From NCBI GenBank assembly GCA_030141605.1, contig JAQGDQ010000718.1, positions 44,170 to 108,169 of the forward strand: a DNA stretch of 64,000 bases. Reading direction: 5' to 3'. The notes under the pieces were generated by a model that was not told the origin of the DNA, ran no database searches, and saw only the letters and a list, made by a program, of their open reading frames with translations. Positions 56,762-64,000 of the stretch are shown one piece after another. The position numbers and the translations under genes are program-made. Origin of the DNA: Tubiluchus corallicola. Its lineage: Eukaryota; Animalia; Priapulida. Position 1 is the stretch's first letter, and each line of letters begins with the position of its first letter.

Positions 56762-57404
56762 TTAAAATAAACCCGGACCCAATCTTAAACTGTGAGTCAA
56801 AACAATCTTCTCTTTAAAATATTGAAAGCAAACATGCTATTTTTTCAAAAATGACTTACGTGAAAGAATTATTACCACACAAACACAATTTCATGTTTGC
56901 GCCACTAGTTCTTCACTGTTAAATGCATTTCGCCATTCGCTTGATAGACGGGCACTGGCTGCTGCATTTTGGATACGCATTGCACAAAAAAGGGGGTGCT
57001 GTACCTCTCAGTTCAGAGGTGTTTGTCTGTGACGTACTGCACGTGTTCGACAGCTCATGCATACACAGCGGTAAATTTGAAATTTGATTTTTTATCTTAA
57101 AACTTGCCAGTTTTAAGTCCAAAATAGTTTTAGTCCAAAACACTGAATATCTTACAGTAGTACTGTACATCAATTTTCACTTTTCCAAACACGTTCAACA
57201 CGCTCGTGGAATATTTTTGCTCTTGGAAATTATGTTAGTTTGTGATGTCATCAATGGTTGGGCTCGCCCCTCGTTAATTAAGATTTTAATCTATTATTTA
57301 ATTCTCAGAAACGCTTTTGCAGTATTAATTGTGTTAAAGTGTATACTTTTTATCGGATTTGAAAATAGGGGTAGCATATGAAAAATCATCCTGTTTTCCT
57401 TTAA
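56762..57404 (+). mobile_element. TTAA-flanked MITE family C
   Basis: Ends aaaaatcatcctgttttcct-TTAA; collinear with 22518-23125. Confidence 0.75.
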
Positions 57405-57632
57405 AAACATGAAAAGGTCAATATCCGGCCTTGGATATGATAAAAAAAGTTTTTTTTTCATTTTGCTAAGTGCAAATAATATACAATCGGGTGCAAAAAA
57501 GCAACTGAACATATATATGATATAAAATAAGAATTCAAGCTTACGACACAAAATTAAGAATTTACATCTTGAATAATAAAGATGGTTTGTGCGTATATGT
57601 TTATGTGCTCCATGCAGATACTGGTGGCTTAA

Positions 57633-58350
57633 TTAAAGGATGGGAAGTAGGTTTCATAAAATATCTACTTATGTTATGTTACTTTATGGCAATTTCATGC
57701 ATATCGTATATGCGTATATCGTACTCGCGTATATCGTACTCGCGTATATCGTATATGCACATATCGTACTCGCGTATAGCGTATATGCGTATATCGTACT
57801 CGCGTATATCGTATATGCACATATCGTACTCGCGTATATCGTATATGCGTATATCGTACTCGCTTTGAAAGGATTTTTTGTTTGTTTTCATTTAAAATCT
57901 CCTGTTCCGACCGCGCCATTGCATGACGTAAATCTAGGGAAGAAAAGGAAATGCTAAACTATGTCCCGAAAAACTTTCCATGCAAAGTTATATTACTTAG
58001 CATTTCGCATCCCTGCTGGAAAGACTTGCGTAACTAGAAATCATAATAATTTAAAATGTTTTCAACAATTGGTAAAATGATGCTGACTCACCCTCCAGGG
58101 TGCGCCACTCACTAACCAAAAACGTATTTTTAATCTTATTGACAAGATACAGTAATTTAAAATTTTACTTCGCTAGTGACCGTGTGTGCTACGAATGCTC
58201 TGATTATTTTTTTCAAACTTTACTCAATGTTATCTAAACTTGTTTCAAATGACTCATTGTCAAAATGGCTATGCCTAGCGGTCATCGCACCATTATAAAT
58301 TTACAACTTCTATACAGCGCTACTGCCGACGCAAGCCCTGCATGCAAAAA
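57633..58350 (+). mobile_element. MITE family D copy with an internal 15-bp minisatellite (about 57700-57862)
   Basis: Collinear with the reverse complement of 42250-42791. Confidence 0.72.
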
Positions 58351-58814
58351 GGCAGTACGTAAGTGGCATGAAATTTCTTAAGCTCTATGTAAGTGGAAGG
58401 TTTTCTTATGTTTTAAGCCACAGTGAATAAGGAAAGAGTGCAAAATGTAGGACATGCGCTGAAAATTTAGAAGTTTGAAGATAAAGGTTCGTTCACATCA
58501 TTTACCTCTTCTCTGATTCACCATACTACTCATCTCCAATTCCTAAGTTAAAAAGCAGCATAAAAAGATATTTTTATTTTTTTTAAAAAACCTCCTCTAA
58601 GTCGATTTTAAAAAGTAAATTTTACGTTGCTTTGAGTTTAGCAATTTCCAACACATCACCAAATTTGTCGAGATAACAGAGAAATTGATGTAGATAAAGA
58701 TTGAATAATTGTGCACTTTAACATGCATGAAATAAGCCTTTTCACAGTTCAGTTGATTGATGATGATCGTGAAAAGGTCAAAGGTGAAATGTACCTGCAA
58801 CTGTACCTGTAGTA

Positions 58815-59325
58815 GAAGTTTTAACAGTTAGCTAGAACCTTACCTAGTTCATGTTTTCTTATTCCCAAGCAAGATCCTCCTAGTAAAGTAACTAGTAAGC
58901 TACTAAACTGATGTGGCAGACGGCCTTGCTTTACCCACGTGTCACGTGACGGTTGTAATAAAAACGCGTTGCTGCGGTACACTTAAGCTTTGACCTACAC
59001 TTACACTTAAGCTTTGGTCAAAGGTCAAATGTACCTGACAACGCATTTGTGTACACTTGACAACGCCTCGCAGCCCACGCTATTGCAATAATAACAGTTT
59101 TAACAGTTAGCTAGAATCTTACCTAGTTCATTTTTTCTTGTTTCCAAGCAAGATCCTGCTAGTAAATCACTCTACACACAAACTAATGCATAATTAAGTA
59201 AAGTTCACACAAAACAACTAAAGTTACTGAACTGATGCGATAGACGGTTTTGCTTTACACACATATCACGTGGCGGTTGAAGTTAAGAGGCGCTGCTGTG
59301 GTACACTTAACCTTTGACCTACAGC
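58815..59325. repeat. Diverged direct duplication
   Basis: agttttaacagttagctagaa.cttacctagttcat...ggtacacttaa.ctttgacctaca occurs twice. Confidence 0.75.
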
Positions 59326-61581
59326 ACAACGAAACCGTGAAAATGCTTATTACAAACCATTAAAATGTATCTTAATGTTTACTAACTAAATAAAGGTTTT
59401 TAATCTTTTAATTAGCTATCACTGCATGTATCAAGTGAATAACAGTTGGAATAATACAGAATAATAAACCAGTGGTTGATTTTTCACTTGTTTCATATTG
59501 CAGACTTTATAGAGAAAGTTTATACTGTATCTCACTTAACTCTCGTCTGCCAGCGCTGAGGTGAAAAAGCGCCCCACGTTTTGCATCGTATATTAGTGTG
59601 CTTTGAAGACATCATCAATTGTCATTTTTACCTTTATTCAAATGCTATAGCAAACGCAAATGGTTTAACCTGTAATCAAATCCTAGTAGATCTGGTATTA
59701 ATTACATTAATTACAATTAGTACTCTGTTCAAAGTGTTTTACATTTTAGCTATAGACTACAAGCAAACAGAAGCGTGACAGTGTGACGTCATTTAAACAC
59801 GAAAAAATACGTTTCTTCTTTAAACTTAAGGTGCATTGTCCCTGACAGTCAGACTGACCAGTGAGACCAGCAGACGAGAGTTAAACGAAAATTATCACTG
59901 ACACAGGCTGACATTTTCATCATGCATCGTTAGAAACATATTTCAAGATTGACGAAACACAACATTTACGACAAAGGGTAATAAAACTGATGATGTGCCA
60001 GGCAACGTTTAAAAGAAGTTACTCAGAATGACATTTTTAATAAAGAGACAAACAACGTACATAGTTTTAATCGAATATTCAAAAAGGCAGCATGCACTGC
60101 CAGGTTATTTCTACAACTAGAGAAATACACTGGTGCGAATTGGTAATCTTGGACACACATACTGTATCTAAAAATGAACACCTACATCAGTATGTCATGA
60201 ACTAGTGCGTCTAATGCCAAAACAAAGCTTTAGTGTTTCGCCAGACTGTGTGCTCTTAGACTTTAAGAACATATTGTGTAGCCGTGAAGACACGCGCCCC
60301 TCGGATCCAAGATGCGCCTACAAACGAATACAGCAAACTATTGATGATGTCATGCATGACGTCAGTAGAGCAATGGTGATGCGTTTGTGATGTCACACGT
60401 GACGTCAGGCAGATATTAAAGACGTCATGCGCATCCACAAATGGGAATTTCATGTTATAATGATACAATTGTTTATTGTGATATAATTATACGTAAAAAT
60501 AAACAACCAGCTAGTTAGAACGGCACATTTCTTCACTTTTCAGCCCAAAAGCACAACAGCTTAATGGCGCAAAAGCAGCAGAACTAATAGCAAGAAATAA
60601 AATGGCAACAAACAGGCAACTAATTAGCTTAAATAAAAATAAAAAGCAACTATTGATTTAGAAAAGGTTAATTGAAAGCTGATCAGAAGGGATATATTCA
60701 GACTAACATCCAACAATAAAAACAACAGATAAAAGAGAAAATTTTACGGGTAGTTTTTAGAAAAAGTTATAAACTGAGAGTCAGCTCTGATATAAGAGTA
60801 TGGGAGTCTAGAATTTAGATAAAATACGGGGTGTCTCGTAAGTCACTACATACACGTTACAGTTCCTAAAATTTTTTTTAACAAACAAAGAAAAATGTCT
60901 AAATATTGGCACAGATGAACTAAAACTTTGGGAATTCTTTCAGTGGAAAATTTAAAAACGAAATCAGAAGTCAAAGTGCATAGGACTTTTGAGACACCCT
61001 GTAGAACTCATCTCTGATATAGCCTAATATTTGATTGCATAAGTGCAGTTTCCAATCCAGTGTATAATGCTTCCAGAAAAAAAGTGTTAAGGATTAGGAT
61101 ATTGACCTGGACAAAATTCGTCAGTTGAAACCCCTTCTGACCACTTCAGTTAAGCTAAGCTTGGCTCAAACTGGTTTCCAAGTATCAAATATGCAGCAGT
61201 TTTTCGTAATATTCATCTTCTTGGACATGTAAGTAACCACTACCTTTTGAATGACCAATGGCCTAAAAATTTCTCAATTTTCAGAAAGTCTGTTCAAATG
61301 TCAAAATTACCAGTGAACGGTCAATGATATGCTGTGTCTTCAAAACGGTCTAATAGTAAAAAAAATCAGGTTTAAATCCAAAATTTTATCTTTTGTGGTC
61401 CTCCCTTAGAAAAATTTTGAGCAGCAACGTTGATAAATACGGAAGTGGTGCTGACAAGCCACTGGCATAGCAGTGTCTAGTTTTTTTTGCTGGATTACTG
61501 CTGCGTTTACCTGTCTGAAGGCAGATTTCTTTTATTTTAGAATTCTGCCTGCCCAATGTCTACAATAGACGTGACGGGCGT

Positions 61582-61842
61582 ATGATGATGATGATGATGA
61601 CGATGATGATGGTGATGATGAATGTGATGATGATGATGATAATGATGGTGATGATGATGATGGTGGTGATGATGGTGACGATGATGATGATGATGATGAA
61701 TGTGATGATGATGATGATAATGATGGTGATGATGATGATGATGGTGATGATGGTGATGATGGTGGTGATGATGATGATGAAGGTGATGATGGTGATGACG
61801 ATGATGATGATGACGACGATGATGATAATGATAATGATGATG
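61582..61842. repeat. (GAT)n microsatellite
   Basis: Seen directly. Confidence 0.96.
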
Positions 61843-62396
61843 TTTATAAATTCCAGAACTGAGTATGATACGATGGATACCAGCCGATAATTATTAAATC
61901 TAAACGTGAACGAAACAATTGTTGCCATTTTGTCACAGCAGCAGCGGCCATTTTGGACAAAGCTGCAAACAAATGCAACACAATTGCCAGCCAATATCTT
62001 TATAACTAACCTGAAGATTTGCAGCAATGTGCAAGGGTGGAATACAACAACGTTAACTGTCCCGTGGCTTTCTCACTGATAAGGTTTTATTTCTATTATC
62101 TTTGCGCTGAAATTTGTAAAGTCATTTGACTTGAAAACGTTCAGTTAGTTTCGGAATTAAAATGGACAATAGTGTTTAGTGATCGATTAGTGATGGACAA
62201 GTTCCCCTGAACGCTATCATAATATTATTGCAACTCATATTGAAGGCGATGTGGAACAGTTCTGTAAGTTTATCAAAGCCAATCAAATTTATTAGTTTTG
62301 TGATCATTTTAAACTGCATTTTACATTTTGTCTGACACGCTGCTTACCAGGAGAATTCTACTCAATAGAAAATTGTTGAGTTTTGAGTAAGAGTAA

Positions 62397-63380
62397 AGCT
62401 ACGACTCCATGCGCACCTAATGCGTAATGCGTTGTCTGTTATCCGTAATGCGTGATGCGTAGTGACTGTTTCCATGTGTCCACATACGTACATGATTCTT
62501 CCACCTCTCAAAAACTCAAATAGAAACAACATTTTTGTTTGTAGGTCCTAAAGTGACCAAAACTCTCCTAACTAGAATTTTCAGAAAGCTAAACAGCGAA
62601 AATGGTCACTGGAAATTTGAAAAGTCGCTATTATCACCTAGGCAACGGTGGTTTCCCGTCTGCGTATCGCTGCGTGATGCGTATTCGGACGATAGTGATC
62701 ACATTCGAGTGAGTACGGATCGCGTATCACGCATTACCGATTACGCTTTGCGTACACATGGAAACGCTTCTACATGTTTAAATACAAACTGTTGTATACG
62801 CATTACGGATCACGCATCACGTATTACGTACAAATGGAATTGTACCTTGTGATGCATAATTGGACGGCAGTGATCACATTCGAATGAATACAGATCACGC
62901 ATTACGCACTACGTGTTACGCGTTGCGTACACACGGAAACACTTCTATATGTTAAAAAATATTGTATACGCATTATGGATCGCGCATCACGCATCACACA
63001 TCACGCATTACGTAACACATGGAGTCATATATTGTGATGCGTAATTGGATGACAGCAACTACGTTTGAATGAATGCAGATCACGCATCACGCATTACGAA
63101 TTACGCCTTGCGTACACACGAAAACAGTTCTACATGTTTAAAACTGTTGTATACGCATTACGGATCACGCATCACGCATCACGCATTACGTAACACATGG
63201 AGTCATATCTTGTGATGCGTAATTGGATGACAGCAATCACGTTCGAATGAATACAGATCACGCATCGCGCATTACGGATTACGCCTTGCATACACACGGA
63301 AACAGTTCTACATGTTTAAAACTGTTGAATACGCATTACGGATCACGCATCACGCATTACGTACGCATGGAGTCGTACCA
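62397..63380. mobile_element. PIF/Harbinger-like MITE with internal ~180-bp tandem repeats
   Basis: Perfect 14-bp TIR core TACGACTCCATGCG (62400-62413) / CGCATGGAGTCGTA (63364-63377); TAA/TTA flanks; about 4 CGCATTACG-rich internal units. Confidence 0.72.
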
Positions 63381-63910
63381 TTACAAGAGGAAATAATTGC
63401 TATCACAAAAAGGAAAGAGAATACAGAACTGGTGGGCATGCAATCAATCTGACTTGATTGTCCATGCATACGAGCATGCATGTCACGTGGTTTAAGTGGG
63501 ACAAATCATTTGGTAAAAATGGGGAGAGGTCACATACGTGTAATAAGCAGTAATAAGCAAGAGAGACTTCTAAGAAAAATGCCGGATATGATTTCATATT
63601 GGTACATTGTTATTAGACTGGGCGATTAAGTTTTAAACTCGGTAATTTATAAAAGCATTCGAATAAAACCCTTCACTGATGTCCAGAAATATTTTTATAA
63701 AATCGAACAAAAATGAAAGAGATAATTTAGAAAAGTTTTGTCTTAGGAATTGAAATTTACAACGCATACAAACCCGTGTTACAACTAGCCCCAGTTTCCC
63801 CTACAAATTGCATATCAAAATCACTAAATTTTAATTCTTGCTTCCTCTTACATCCTATTTTTTCAATTTTTCTCCAAGTCAATTTTTTTTTATTACAGGC
63901 ACTAAGAAGT

Positions 63911-64000
63911 ATTTATAGTTAAAATGCCAGAACTTTATTAAAAGTTTTCATTTTCATAGTTCAAAATCATGCCGAACGTTTCGACAGAACTATTGTTGTC
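63911..64000 (-). mobile_element. Second copy of the hammerhead-bearing Penelope-like repeat, cut by the window edge
   Basis: Minus strand gacaacaatagttctgtcgaaacgttcggcatgatttt...taataaagtt...ttttaactataaat aligns with 24708-24796. Confidence 0.6.

Noticed and set aside
59987-60012. Hammerhead-like CTGATGA-tgtgccaggca-acgttt; also a degenerate motif on the minus strand near 4960-5000
   Set aside because: The GAAA core or CTGANGA core is broken; too weak to call.
62011-62106. Possible minus-strand exon (tttcag ... CAG|GTTAGT)
   Set aside because: Stops in all three frames and no neighbouring exons found.

Overview
AT-rich, repeat-dense animal (probably invertebrate) genomic DNA. The only host gene I can support is a complete 10-coding-exon class B1 (secretin/CRF-family) GPCR on the + strand (ATG 31565 to TAA 48889, 545 aa by manual splicing, all introns GT-AG and in phase). 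The ORF track mostly misses it. The rest is transposon debris and tandem repeats: two copies of a 5S-rRNA-headed SINE with a bipartite RTE-derived body, 5S pseudogene fragments, LINE 3' fragments, three solo LTRs, many TTAA-flanked (Kolobok-like), hAT and Harbinger-like MITEs, a Penelope-type minimal hammerhead ribozyme repeat, over a dozen minisatellites and many long microsatellites. Most long ORFs in the track are repeat read-through. The most notable observations are the 5S+RTE SINE, one copy of which is nested in a hammerhead-bearing repeat; a piece of GPCR intron copied 23 kb away inside a MITE; satellites caught arising from TE sequence; and GPCR introns whose repeats interact with splice signals (a 600-nt AG-free zone, a tandem array of branch-point/acceptor units). 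Family assignments come from my recall of motifs, not from database searches.
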